A DNA stretch of 64,000 nucleotides from Octopus vulgaris (taxonomy: Eukaryota): assembly GCA_951406725.2 (NCBI GenBank), contig OX597821.1, positions 6,758,001-6,822,000 of the forward strand. The letters run 5' to 3'. The notes beneath the pieces were generated by a model, which was not told the DNA's origin, ran no database searches, and was given only the letters and a program-made list of their open reading frames with translations. The position numbers were made by a program, and so were the translations under genes. This document shows positions 42,050 through 55,824 of this stretch, in pieces (position 1 is the first letter of the stretch; every line of letters begins with the position of its first letter).

Positions 42050-43082
42050 CTAAACGACAGTATATATGAGAAAAAAAGGCAGGATAGAAAATGCTAAAAT
42101 AATTTTATAAAAAACATTTCAGTACCGGTTTCAGTCATTGAGACTTTTTCAACTGTAAGTGTGGAAAACAATTAAATTTTGGAAAAATTAAAAGCAAACA
42201 CAAACACACACGCATTGGATTCTCAATACCAGAAAGAAGAAAGTAGATCTGAAGACTAGAGATCCAAACCATAACTGGAACGGCAAAAAGTCTGTAAAAC
42301 TTTCCAGAAGTTTTATCATTCAAGTAAATTTGCGTATGTCTAGCCATGCAACTATATGCACGAGAATACATACATATGACAAAGCATATACATCTGTACA
42401 TGCACTGACTCTAAATACTGCACATATACATACATACAGGCGAAAGTATCCTGATGGTGTTGAAATTCCAACGAAGGAACCTTGGATCTTTGTTAGGAAC
42501 CGGCTCTTTCTCTATTGGCAAGAAATCTTGAAATAAAACTGAATAATGACCTACATACAGGCATACACAAACTAACAGACATGTTTATACAGATTCGTGG
42601 TGAAATCAACTAAACGCGTTCTTATAATATTCAGTCAGCGAACAGTTCATAGCAGCAGACAACAAGCAATAAAAAACAGAAGCGCAATAACATGGCAGAC
42701 AATCACAATTGACTCACAACAGTAGCCAACTCATAACACCAACCGACCCACAGTAACAGACAGTCCACAATAATAGATGACCCACAACAATAGATAACGC
42801 ATAACAACAACCAACCAGCAACCGTTAAGCAACACCAACAACGTGCAACCGACCACTATTTCCTTCTCCCTTATTTCGACGAACGATTTCTGGTGCCTCT
42901 TTTGGCGGACACAATGGAATTTTTGTGAGAAAATATAAAGGTTTTTCGGTGCCACCCTTCGAATTAATTTTTCACATCATCTTGTTGGCAATAGCCAAAT
43001 CCGAGAGAGAGAGAGAGAGATGGAGAGACAGGGAGAAAGAGACAGAGAGAATATGTGGATGTTTGTCTATTTGTGTATGTGT

Positions 43083-43161
<79 letters not shown>

Positions 43162-43480
43162 GAAGAAAGAAAGAAATGCGTTGTATATTTATCGACCTCG
43201 GAAAAATGACAAGTTCACACAGGTGGAATTTAAACTCACGGCAGTGGAAGTAAGAAAAAAAAATCACAAAAGAGTTCTACCCAATCGTCTAACGATTCTG
43301 TCAATTTTCCGCCTCAGACAACCCACGACCGGTTAAATTAAAAAGCAGACAATCACAATAATAGATTCTATCAACAACAATTGACAGTCCCACAACAACG
43401 AGCAGATCACGACCACAACACGACAGAAATCTCACAACATTTTTACACAGAAACTGGAAAGTATATGAAATTATATTTAC

Positions 43481-43617
43481 ACATATTCTGGCCAGTGGAG
43501 CCAACGTGCTGGTTCTTTATTCACCAATTCTCTTTTGTCCCATTCAACCTCCTTTTGGTGGCGTTTCTCAGCAATTTTTCGTTCTTCTTCTTCTTTTAAT
43601 TGCTTTAATTTCTCCAT
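43481..43617 (-). CDS. DTHD1: DTHD1-like gene, coding exon 1 (predicted start; charged coiled-coil-like N-terminus)
   Basis: AGA-ATG-G strong Kozak context, with an in-frame TAG upstream. Translates MEKLKQLKEEEERKIAEKRHQKEVEWDKRELVNKEPARWLHWPEY. Donor GT|gtaaat is phase 2, matching the next exon. The exon probably starts at the acceptor ttttcttccgttacag (43917). Confidence 0.65.
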
Positions 43618-43969
43618 TCTGTCTCTTTCTTGATCTTCTTTCAATGTTTTTCTTTCTTTTATCTGATTACTTTTATTTCCTTCCCTAATATCGTCTATGA
43701 TGGAATAACTTCGCTAAAGTCTTTTCTTTCGCGTGGTTTGGTATCCACTTCGCATTATTCGTTATCTATTTTGCAACCAATTTTCATTCAACATCAGGGG
43801 TGGTCATATATCGTTGTATGTCTTTCTACAGATGAGACAAACGTCATTCATGATAGTGTCGAATGAAATCCAATCAGTCCAAGCAGTGTGTTGGTCTCTA
43901 AGGCACCTGGCCAACACCTGTAACGGAAGAAAATAACCAAATAGGTCAAATATATATATTATATATATA

Positions 43970-44008
<39 letters not shown>

Positions 44009-44040
44009 TAAATATATGTATATAATATATAATTTATAAG

Positions 44041-44118
<78 letters not shown>

Positions 44119-44225
44119 GTCTATGTATGTATGTATGTATGTATGTATGTATGTATGTATCTATCTATCTATCTATCTATCTATCTGTCTATGTATGTAT
44201 GTATGTATGTATGTATGTATGTATG

Positions 44226-44265
<40 letters not shown>

Positions 44266-44450
44266 AATCAATCTATCTATCTATTTCTTTTTGTTCTTTT
44301 CTTCCCTTTTACGATCCCTCTTGATCGAAAACCTACGCCACCCCCTTTTTTTTCTTTTGTTTTTTGTTTTCTTCATCCCCCAAAAGAAAAGCTCTACCTT
44401 GTAACTTGTCCCATCTGTGTGCAGCCCTGTGTGGCCAATAAAGAAACTTT

Positions 44451-44547
<97 letters not shown>

Positions 44548-45814
44548 TTGTTTGTGTGTGTGTTTTATTCATTAGATTGCGGTCATTGTAGAGCACCGCC
44601 TTAAAAGGCTTTGGAAGGACGTGTCGATCCCAGTACATGTTTTTTAAAAACCTGGTACTTATTTTGTCTGTCTATTTTGCTGAACGTCTAAGTGATGAAG
44701 ACATAAACAAACTAACAACTATCAACCAGATTCACCTCCAAGGCTTTGATCGACGCGGGGCCATAGTAAGAGTGGGACTAAACCCAAAACTTTGATGTTG
44801 TAAAGTGAATTCCCATGTACGTGACGAAACGAATACATCATTTATAAAAACGTGTGTCTATGTTTGGTTGCCAGCCTTATATTTATTTCTTTATTGCACA
44901 CAGGGGGTTAAACATAGAGGGGACAAACAAGGACAGACAAAGGGACTAAGTCGATTACATCGACCCCAGCGCGTAACTGGTACTTATTTAATCGACCCCG
45001 AAAGGATGAAAAGCAAAGTCGACCTCGGCGGAATTTGAACTCAGAACGTAACGACAGACGAAATACGGCTACGCATTTCGCCCGGCGTGCTAACGTTTCT
45101 GCCAGCTCGTGTGTATGTCTTTCTGTCTGTGTTTGTCTCCCGCCACCACCGCTTGACAACCGCTGTTAGTGTTTAATTCACCGCAACTTAACGGTTCGGC
45201 AAGAGATACCGATAAATTAAGTACCGGGTTTCACAAAATATAAGTACTGGGGTCGATTCATTCGACTAAACATTCTTCAAGGCTGTGCCCCAACATGGCT
45301 GCAGTCTAATGACTGAAAATTAATACGTGAAATTATTTGACGCGTGGATCGAAAGTTCAACGTTTCGGACAGTGTAACTTCATCGAAGAGGGAAGAAAAC
45401 AGACGTTACAACAACAGTCGTAGAATGAAGTTATAAGGGAAATAGTCGTAGTTTGGACCGTGTTCGGGAATACCAATACCACTGCTACTCTATGCAACAC
45501 AATGTACAACGATTTCTTTTTTTTTCGGTACATTTCATAATATTTTTCTTTTTTATATACGCGCACGCGCCATAATATTGTGACCGTTGTCGTTGTTATG
45601 ACAACGCTGTCTGTCGAAATATTCACTTCAGTCTTGAATACCAGTGAGGTTTAAGCAATGAGATAGCTAGACAGAAAGATTGATAAACAAATAAAGGCAC
45701 ATATAGATAAACATATTAACAGACGTCTGAATAGATAAGGAGAGATCTCACGTATTATCCAGTGTGCTAGAAAAAACTTCAACTCATTTGAGAACATTTA
45801 TGCATTTAGTGGGT

Positions 45815-46190
45815 GCCAAATTTTGGCATTGAAAGCTACACCAATACTGCATAGTGCCAAAGATCCCAGAAATGCCATCGCGCTTCAGGACCAGTTACTG
45901 CAGCAGCCTGGGTTTCAGGGGTCCACAGCTTTTTAATATTCCCCCAAAGAGCCTGAGGAACCTGCACAGAGTAGATGTAGGCGTTTTTAAATCAAAGCTG
46001 AACCTCTTCCTGTCGAGAGACCCAGATGAACCTACCTCACGGCAAGAGGTGCAAATGAGGGTAGCTACATAAAACTCCATTCTTCACTAAGTGCCACATA
46101 TTGGAAGAAGCTCTCAGTAATAACAGTGTAGCAAAACGGCGATGCACCAGCATGGCCGCGGCTATGAACTGAAACTACAGAAAAAAAGAG
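45815..46190 (+). mobile_element. Second 3' fragment of the same CR1/L2 LINE family
   Basis: MPSRFRTSYC.SLGF.GPQLFNI... is nearly identical to 8660-8990 and has the same 3' tail. Confidence 0.85.
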
Positions 46191-46369
46191 AGAAATAAAT
46201 CTCACAGGATCAGTTAATTTTTCGGAGAATATAGAAAATGTGGCCTGGAAGGGGATCTGGTAATGAACGCATTGGATATGTTTTTGACCTCAGTGAAGCA
46301 TATTCAACTCAGCACAAAGCAGAGGCCACTAATCCATCCACCCATCTATCCATCCAACCATCCAACCAG

Positions 46370-47430
46370 GAATATGCATGAGATGAAAAAGAGACTTATC
46401 CTGGTTACAACATTCTCAAATGATATAGGGCTGGAGTGTTCGGTCAGGATAAATGTTCTTGTAAGATTGTGAAATGAGTGAAAACTATAAACCTGACTAG
46501 TAACATTTCTATCAATCTTCTATTAACTGTTTCTGCCATATCTGATGAGAAATGTTACCTATGGGTAGATGGTAAGATATATCTTACGATGGTACCTTTA
46601 ACAAGGAACGTGTCACTAAAGAAGACAACAGCCGGATAAGAAAAATATGGACCTCGGAACTCTCTGCATTCAATAAAACAGTGGCTCAAAATGCTTTTGC
46701 AGTACCAGTATTCATGCCAACATTTGTGCTACTTGATTGGACGCTTGATGAGATCCGAGCCATTGATGTGAAAACTCGAAAGATATTGACCAGTAAATAT
46801 GATTTTCACATCAACAGTGACGTAGACTGCGTCTACCTAAAACGAAAACACAGAAGCAGACGCCTCAATAAAATGCAAACATAAAATACCAGACATTGTG
46901 ATTTAGAACAGAGAAGCGAAAGTAGGTACAGGAGTGGAAATCAGTTGGCCAGCGGATGTTGCCATAAAGCTGAAGATCAGTGGAAAAGAAAACACCTACG
47001 CTAGACTATTGAGAAGTTTACAGTTACTCTACCCGGATTACACGTTCAGAGTTATACCCGTAATTACCGGAACATTAGGATATGTAACAAACTGCTTGAA
47101 TACCAATCTGAAGAAATTAGGGATTCTCAAAACCAGAAAAGAGAAAGCTAATTAGAAGACTGGAGATACAAACTGTCACCATTATTGTCAAAGTATGTAA
47201 AACTTTTCAAACGTTTACTATTTAAGTAGCATCCTCACATGTCTAGACATGCAATTAAATGCATGAGAATACATAAAACAAAACTTACAATTCTGACCAT
47301 GCAGTGACTCCAAATATTGCACATATACACAGAAACATGAGCAAATACTTTGTTGATGTTGAGCCATGGATCTAGGTTAGAAAAAGACTCTTCTTTCGTT
47401 GGCCAGAAATATAGAAATAAAATTAAATAA
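46370..47430 (+). mobile_element. Decayed restriction-like-endonuclease LINE (R4/Dong-like)
   Basis: Fragments TFSNDIG, AFAVPV, DCVYLKRK, PDIV, EISWP and IPVITGTLG. A related 3' fragment lies at about 42240-42550. Confidence 0.7.
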
Positions 47431-47717
47431 TAACGTAGGATAATAAAAACAGGATAAACTTCCTTCCCGAGTCACACAGACTCATAGGACCGGTTTCCCG
47501 GTTTCTGTGACTCGTATACACCCCACTGGATGGGACGTCGCTCCTTCGGACGACTACTCACTTTTGCCAGCTGAGTGACCTGGAGCAATAGGAAATGAAT
47601 TGCTTTGCTCAAGAACACAACGTATTATTCAATCCAGGAATCCACTAAACCATTCGTTTCCACAAACAATAACATCTCTCTCTCTCTCTCTCTCTCTCCA
47701 TATATATATATTCATTC

Positions 47718-47757
<40 letters not shown>

Positions 47758-47959
47758 GCGCACATATACACAAACAAACTCACACACACATATTTGAAAG
47801 TTTATGAGAATTACTTAAAACAGTTTTGAAGTGTGAAAGTAATTTTTTAAAAAAGTGTTGTAAAATCTTTTATTAGGATGTTACTAACCATTTTTGGGAA
47901 GAGGTTTTTTCCCTAATGTGTGAGAACTTTCGATTAACCACACACACACACAGACTGAC

Positions 47960-48072
<113 letters not shown>

Positions 48073-48201
48073 CATACATACATACATACATACATACATA
48101 CATACATACATACATACATACATACATACATACATACATACAAACATACATACATACATACATACATACATACATACATACATACAAACATACATACATA
48201 C

Positions 48202-48236
<35 letters not shown>

Positions 48237-48886
48237 CATACATGCATACACACACACACACACACATATACATATATACACACACATACACATACGTGCA
48301 CACACACACACACACACACATGTATTTAAGAATATATGTATATGGGTTTATGTGTGTGCGCGCGCGCGTGTGCATGTGTGTTTTACGTTTGTAAGTATGC
48401 ATATACACAGGCATATACACATGGCGACACGCATGTGCAGACACGTCGTACGCCGCCATTCAGTTTGGCATTCGTCCCGACTTGAACGATAACTAACCCC
48501 AATGTTCTCTGTTTGTTATAACCGATAGGAAATCTGGGATAATGCGAACAGCAGTGGTCTCACAGTCACATAAATATATATCATAGTCACATAAATATAT
48601 ACACTCTATTATATATATATATATTAGTTATATATACACACAGGCTTGCATATGATGTAAACAAGTGCACAGTCCCACATACTTATATAACCTACTTCCT
48701 TTCCTTTAATGCAAAGCATTATAGAGTTTTAACAACCAATTATTAGTACCGCTATGCCAAAGTATATTATATATACGTACATACACACACACACACACTT
48801 CAATGTATATATATATATATATATATGGTTTTTAGAAAATCATAAATCCGGAGCAGAAGCACACTCTAAGAAGTAGAGCAGTCTTT

Positions 48887-49146
48887 ATTTTTTCTGGTGA
48901 AGGTCGATTCATGGGTTTACCCTGGGTTTCCTGTCCAGAAAGGGATTAACATTATGGTGTATCTTCAGGCCCCAAGACCTGTTGGCCTGTGACAACTTTA
49001 TGACGTATCTTCAGATCCAAAGACATGTTGGCCTATGATAGGTTATAGGCCAACAGGTTTTGGGTCTGAAGATACGCCGTAAAGTTAATCCCTTTAAGGA
49101 CGGGAAACCCAGGGTAACCCCATAAGCCGGCCTTCACCAGAAAAAA
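48887..49146. mobile_element. Palindromic MITE
   Basis: About 100-bp imperfect inverted arms (ttttctggtgaagg... / ...ccttcaccagaaaa); the left arm carries a duplicated subunit of about 45 bp. Confidence 0.7.
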
Positions 49147-49397
49147 GAAATATATACAGCTTCATACATGAAATAGAAGCAGCGTTAGTGTAATAAACGT
49201 TATCGAGGGGATAACACGATTACATCGACCCTAATACTCAACTGGTACTTATTGAATCAATTCCGAAGGGATGGAAACCAAAGTTGATCTCGGCGGGATT
49301 CGAATTCAGAACGTGAATACGGACGAGATGCTGCTAAGCATTTTGCCCGGCGTGCTAACGATTCTGCTAGCTCGCCGCTTTATGGTTGTATATTATA

Positions 49398-49787
49398 CTA
49401 GCAGTATCGCCCGGCGTTGCTCGGGTTTGTAAGGGAAATAACTATATAAGCATTTTTAGAGATGTAAAGTATAATAGCCATCTCAATATGGCTAACCACA
49501 AAGGGGGAGTGTTACTGTAGCTTTTTACGTTGTGAGATTTAATAATAAATTTTTAGAGAGTTACTTCCCTTGTATATGCCAAAAATGCATTAAAAATGGG
49601 AAAAATTGATGGTAATTTTTTTTTAAATCGTAGACTCATCGTAGACACGCGCTCGATATGGGCTCGATATGAATCACGACTATAAGATACCCGGTTTTGG
49701 TTAAACTGCACCGCAAAATGTGGGAGTAGTTAGGAATCTGAATCGTAGGAGACAGACAGCACACAACCTCACTTTTATATATAAAGA
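49398..49787 (-). mobile_element. Non-autonomous Helitron
   Basis: Minus strand: A|TC 5' end, subterminal hairpin CCCGAGCAACGCCGGG, CTAG|T 3' end, no TSD. Confidence 0.8.
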
Positions 49788-50135
49788 TTAGTTGCCCGAA
49801 GTACGTTTGGAGGCTTGCAAGGTTTCTTGGTTCACGTTCATGGGAAAGCTTTTATTATATTAGATTTTATTATATTAGATTTCATTTATCATATTTATTT
49901 ATTTATTTATTTGCGAATTTGTTAATTTGTAATATATTCTTTTAGCTTCTGGTTTGGTTTGGTGTATTGTGCTGTGTGTGTTTTTTTTTGTTTTTAGCCA
50001 AAACCGAAACTCGGTCAAAGAGACGAGTTGTGAAGAGACAACTCGGACGAGTAATAAATAAATAAATAAATGGATAAAGAAAGAAATAAAGAATAATGGA
50101 ATAAGAATTTATAAACTTCGAGAGAACATGAAATA

Positions 50136-50368
50136 ATTCTATTTTGGAACAGTGGATCCCGAAACAAATAAAGCTTTAAATAATAGCGTCTAAATATAGG
50201 CTAAAAAATTGTTTCGATAGAAAAAGTCGAAGGCCGCCCCATGGGACCAAAGCCTACGTCTGTAAACACTACAGGCCCTCGACGTTTTCTATCCAAGGGG
50301 TTTCTTAATATCTACACGCTATTATTTATAGCTTATTTACTTCGAGATCCACTGTTCCAAAATAGAAT
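50136..50368. mobile_element. MITE with about 95-bp TIRs
   Basis: attctattttggaacagtggatc / gatccactgttccaaaatagaat plus inner imperfect pairing. Confidence 0.7.
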
Positions 50369-50410
50369 AATAAAATAACTAAACAGCAATAAGATTAACT
50401 AGGAAATATA

Positions 50411-50800
50411 TTTAACAAGAGCACTGAGAGAGCGCAAACCTCCGCCAAGGTAACACCAACGTCCGCTCAACGATTAGCCGGAACTGATTTTTAAAATAAG
50501 AATAAGTGAAATAAACTTGACTGCTCTCACAAATGAGAATACTAAAAATGAACCTGACTGCTCTCAAAAATTAAGCAAAAAAAAAAAAAAACGAAAACTA
50601 ATCCAGAATCCTTGTCCGGTAGCAGATCGATCCCAAAATCTAATCAGTTCGTGTCATTCAGGAGGCGAAATATCGCTGAAATATCGCTGAAAGTTTCCTC
50701 CGAATCCATCCAGGCGTTCTTGAGATATTTTGTCCACGGACAAACAAACAAACACGACAGAAAACAATACCTCCACCTTAGCGAAGGCGGAGGTAATAAT
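50411..50800 (+). mobile_element. Helentron-associated (DINE-1/HINE-like) non-autonomous element
   Basis: Starts TTAACAAGAG; asymmetric subterminal inverted repeat acctccgcc / ggcggaggt; (CAAA)n near the end. Confidence 0.5.
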
Positions 50801-50908
50801 GAATTTTTAAGTAAGAGATATGTAATTGTATACAATGTGTACGTGACAGGAATAGTGTCGTTTGATCCAAGTGGTAAAGTAACTGGATTGTTTTTGGGAG
50901 TTACATAC

Positions 50909-51145
50909 AAGATTTTGGGCTTTTGTCATCTGTAAGAACAGTTTCCACGTCAGTTCGACTAGTTCTGTCCTTGTTGGATATGCGTTTTGTGCTATTGTCT
51001 GTTTTATATTTAACCAGGCAACCGCTTCACCTTCATCGTCGTCGCTCCGGAATCTTTTTAGCTGTGTCAACCTCATCGTATGTCTGTGCGTCTTCAACCA
51101 TTTCAAGACATTCTTTAAGTGGGTTTTCGGCAGTAGATGAACCGT
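50909..51145 (-). other. Candidate upstream exon (237 nt, open phase 0-0; uORF or 5' leader)
   Basis: U-rich tract ...ttttgttaatcag|ACG...CTT|gtatgt. 79 open codons TVHLLPKTHLKNVLKWLK...LFLQMTKAQNL in non-repetitive sequence. No family recognised. Confidence 0.45.
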
Positions 51146-51842
51146 CTGATTAACAAAACTTGCTCTTCCCCAAAGAAAAAGAAAAAGAAGACAAAAAAAT
51201 GAGCATTCGCTTCATCTTGGTCAGATGTTTCTTGGACACGGTTTGAGATAATCAGATATCAGTTCACCAAACGATGTAAACGTATGCCGCTTCTAGAACT
51301 TTCAGGAATAGCTTCCAGTCAGCCCATTTCTGGACGAAACAGACCATTTCTATTGGCGATCTCTAGCGAGTTGTTTTGTTTATTTCTTTTTTGTTTCTCC
51401 TTACATGGACGTCTGGTCTAAATCGGACGCTGAGCAACTTAACTGAATTCGCGGTCCAAAAACAAGAGCCGCTGTCCCGCTTAACCTGTCTGCCTCTTCT
51501 TTGGTCAGGTCTTTGTTTGGCACACATTACAGGGACAAATGACAAACGAAAAATTAAAGAAGATAGTCGGATGATATCATGGAGATTAACTACAGCGATG
51601 ACAGCAAGGACGATGACGTCAACAACATTTGTAAATGTCATTGTCCTCGGAAAATAATATGAGAGAGAGGAGGAAAAGAGAGAGAGGGGGGGGGGGGGGA
51701 ATAATAAGAAAGAATGAAGAGCGGAAAAGAGGGGAGAGAAGGAGAGAGGGGGAGCAAAAAGATTAAGGAAAATAGAGGCAAAAAGAAGTCGAGCAAAGAG
51801 TAAAAATAATACAAAAATATAATAAAGAAGGAACTTATTAAC

Positions 51843-52306
51843 AGTGGTGGCGGCGGTGGTGGAAGCGGTGGCGGTGGTGGAAGCGGTGGCGGTGGTGGAA
51901 GCGGTGGTGGTGGTGGTGGTGGTGGTGGTGGTGGTGGCAGTGGTAGAGTTATGGTTATGGTGATGGTGATGATGTCGGAGGTGTTTATTTGATGGTGATC
52001 GTGCGATGGTGATGCCAGTGGCTGCATAGGTGGCAATAGTGTTGCGGCGACAGTGTGACGCCGGTAGTGGTGTAGCGGTAGTGGCAATGGTGGTGGTGGT
52101 GGCGGTAGTGGTGGAGGATGTGGGTGATGGTAGTGGTGATGGTGGTGGTGATGTTGATGATAGTGGTGGTGGTGGTTAGGTTACCCGTGTTAATGGTGGT
52201 GGTGGTGGTGGTGGTGGTGGTGCTAGTGATGGTAATGGTGCTAGTGGTGGTGCTGGTGGAGGTGATAGTAGTGGCGATAATAGAGGTGGTAATACTAACA
52301 GCGACC

Positions 52307-52358
<52 letters not shown>

Positions 52359-52396
52359 CGACAGCAGCAGAAATTGTAGTGCTTGTAGTAGTGCTT

Positions 52397-52440
<44 letters not shown>

Positions 52441-52441
52441 T

Positions 52442-52484
<43 letters not shown>

Positions 52485-52485
52485 A
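51843..52485. repeat. Compound (GGT)n/(GTA)n triplet microsatellite
   Basis: Seen directly. Similar tracts at 26447-26636, 29273-29550 and 62170-62440. Confidence 0.95.
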
Positions 52486-52696
52486 GAATTGGTTTGAGAT
52501 TCAATGTATAAAGAAGCAAAAAAAAAAAAAAAACTAAGAAATTAATCGAAGCTTCAACTTCGATTACGACTTGAAGAGTCTAAGAGAGTCTTTGGTTTAT
52601 TGTCAACAGAATGTTCATCACGTAGCAACAATTCCTTTGATGTTGGCCGTCTTCATGTTGGACGACAGCTAACGAAAGTACCTCCACCCACCTTAA

Positions 52697-52733
<37 letters not shown>

Positions 52734-53532
52734 TGAGAAAGAGAGAGAGACTGTATGTGTGAGAGAGAGAGAGACACAGAGAGAGACAGACAGATAGACA
52801 GAGACGGAGGCAGAGTTTGCGTGTGTACAGAGATTGTTTGGTAGCTTTTTAGATCGATGGTTAGTCATAGCCGCAACGGTCAGACAAATAGCACACATAA
52901 AAGTGATGGCGACAGGTGGGTGGAGTGATGCTGAAAACAAAAGCCCCAGGGACCCCTGCTGCATAAGCACTTGATAGCAAAGTGTGGGCGCCAGCATACT
53001 CTAGCCAGCTAGCTAATATTTTTTCTTTATCGATTAATAATAATAATTATTAATAATATTAATCATTATCTAAATGAATTAACCTGATTCACCGAGATAT
53101 TGGTTCATAAATTTTGGAGCAAGGCCAGCGATTTCGAGTGAGGGGTAAGTCGATTACATCGAGCCCAGTGCTCAGCTGGTACTTACTTTATCGACCCCGA
53201 AAGTATGAAAGGCAAAGTCGAACTCAGTAGAATTTGAACTCAAGATGTAAAGTCGGAAGAAATGCCGCAAAATAATTTTTCCGGCGCAGTAATGACTCTG
53301 CCAGTTCGGCGCCTTGGTATACCCGAATACGAACAACAAGAATAATATTAATTAAACAAAGATTAAATAAAGATTAATTAAATGAAGAAGTGAGCATGAT
53401 ATTTAGTAAAGACGACAACTCCGAACATGTTCCGGTCGTATTACACCTCGCCAGTGGCACAGCTTAAAACTTTGATTATAGAAGTGTATGCAAACATGCA
53501 TGCCTCTAATATATACATATATATGAGTGTGC

Positions 53533-53602
<70 letters not shown>

Positions 53603-54286
53603 TAGAGGCGCACTAAGCAGCGTTATACAAAAGAAATAGGTAATTTGGTATGTACAATCATATTTAACATGTTCGTGTACATTCGGACATGGAAAGACAT
53701 TCGCTGCAGAAATTGTCTCGACCAAAAAATAAAAAGAAGAAAAAATTTCTCTTCACCATTTATGCGAAAAACACTTGAGTGGGTTATAAATGGGCATATT
53801 GTCTATAAAGAGGAATTTTTCCCCCAAGAATTTTTCTTTCCATGTTCGAGTTTGTACTTGTTAAATATGATTGTGCTCATCTATGTATATTGCTTCCCAA
53901 CCACGTGGTTCTGGTTTCAGTCCCACTGCGTGGCACCTTGGGCAAGTGTCTTCTACTATAGCCTCAACCGACCAAAGCCTTGAAAGTGGATTTGGTAGAC
54001 GGAAACTGAAAGAAGCCCGTTGTTATATATATATATATGTATATATTTGTGTGCGTGTGTGTGTGTGTGTCATTGTGTGTGGGTTTGTCCCCCACCGTCG
54101 CTTGACAACAGACGTTGGTGTGTTTATGTTCCTGTAACTAAGCGGTTAGGCAAAAGAGACCGATAGAATAAGTACCAAGCTTACAAGGAATAAGTCCTAG
54201 GCCCGATTTGTTTGACTAAAAGGCGGTGCTCCAGTGTGGCCGCAGTCAAATGACTGAAACAAATAAAAGAATAAAAGAATAAAAGA

Positions 54287-54350
<64 letters not shown>

Positions 54351-54638
54351 TGTGCTACCCACTCACATAGTTCCGGGTTCAGTCCTACTGTGTGGTACTT
54401 GGGACACGTATCTTCAACTATAGCTTCGGGCCGACCGAAGCCTGTGAGTAGATTTGGTAAACGGAAACTGAGAGAAGTGTGTGTGTGTTCGTCTCTGTGT
54501 TTGTTTCCCATTACCATTTGACAACCGGTGTTGGTGTGTTTACGTTTCCATAACTTGGCAGTTCGGCAAAAGACGACCCATAGAATAAGTACCGAGCTTA
54601 AAAATAATAAAAGAATGAATTCGCACTTTTGTTCTTAC

Positions 54639-54789
54639 CATGTCCAGGTAGGTTCGGAAAGAAAATATGCTGGTCGCTGTTGTGTACCTCTTAGGAGAAC
54701 GACGCCTCTCTTTTACGTCAACAGTGCGTTCAACGTGTCTCGGTGGCGCATGGCCCTCTGGGATATCAGTGTTTGGACAAACATTAATA
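54639..54789 (-). other. Candidate upstream exon ending in ATG
   Basis: tctctcttgctctgattag|T...GACATG|gtaaga. One frame is open (INVCPNTDIPEGHAPPR...FRTYLDM). Another donor CTT|gtaagt lies 122 nt upstream at 54911. Confidence 0.4.
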
Positions 54790-55117
54790 CTAATCAGAGC
54801 AAGAGAGAGAGGTGGGGGGGCGAGAGAGAGAGTGTCTCTTTTGAGTTAAGTCAGCAGTTTTCTGTGTGTGACCACATTTGTTTTGAGTAATTTCATTTTG
54901 GTTGCACTTACAAGAAGCATTGGCGACAAGCGGCGTTGGCTATTGCAGCAATCGATGAATTTGAAAATTAATCCATATCCAAACCTCGTGAGATTAATAA
55001 TTAATCTATATCCAAATCTCATGAGTTTAATGACTAATCTATGTCCAAACATGATGGATTTGGAAACTAATACACGCCCAAACAATGGAATTAAAAATTG
55101 ATCTTTGCTCTGAAGGA

Positions 55118-55824
55118 CTTCCTTTCACCTGATACTCTTCCTTTCACCTGATACTCTTCCTTTCACCTGATACTCTTTCTTTCACCTGATACTCTTTCTT
55201 TCACCTGATACTCTTCCTTTCACCTGATACTCTTCCTTTCACCTGATACTCTGGCTTTCACCTGATACTCTTCCTTTCACCTGATACTCTTCCTTTCACC
55301 TGATACTCTTTCTTTCACCTGATACTCTTCCTTTCACCTGATACTCTTCCTTTCACCTGATACTCTGGCTTTCACCTGATACTCTTCCTTCCACCTGATA
55401 CTCTTCCTTTCACCTGATACTCTTTCTTTCACCTGATACTCTTCCTTTCACCTGATACTCTTCCTTTCACCTGATACTCTGGCTTTCACCTGATACTCTT
55501 CCTTTCACCTGATACTCTTCCTTTCACCTGATACTCTGGCTTTCACCTGATACTCTTCCTTTCACCTGATACTCTTCCTTTCACCTGATACTCTTTCTTT
55601 CACCTGATACTCTTCCTTTCACCTGATACTCTGGCTTTCACCTGATACTCTTTCTTTCACCTGATACTCTTTCTGTCACCTGATACTCTTCCTTTCACCT
55701 GATACTCTTCCTTTCATCTGATACTCTTCCTTTCACCTGATACTCTTCCTTTCACCTGATACTCTTTCTTTCACCTGATACTCTTTCTTTCACCTGATAC
55801 TCTTCCTTTCACCTGATACTCTTC
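55118..55824. repeat. 19-bp minisatellite, about 37 copies
   Basis: Unit CTTTCACCTGATACTCT(TC/TT/GG), head-to-tail with no spacers. Confidence 0.97.

Noticed and set aside
43618-43917. Read-through of the upstream ORF into DTHD1 by A-to-I editing of stops
   Set aside because: It would require recoding three different stops (TGA, TAA, TAG); not supportable without RNA data.
52567-52698. Additional upstream exon (PTSKELLLRDEHSVDNKPK...)
   Set aside because: The acceptor lacks a pyrimidine tract and no frame is open across the whole segment.
55118-55824. CRISPR-like array
   Set aside because: Units are contiguous with no unique spacers, there are no cas genes, and the context is eukaryotic.
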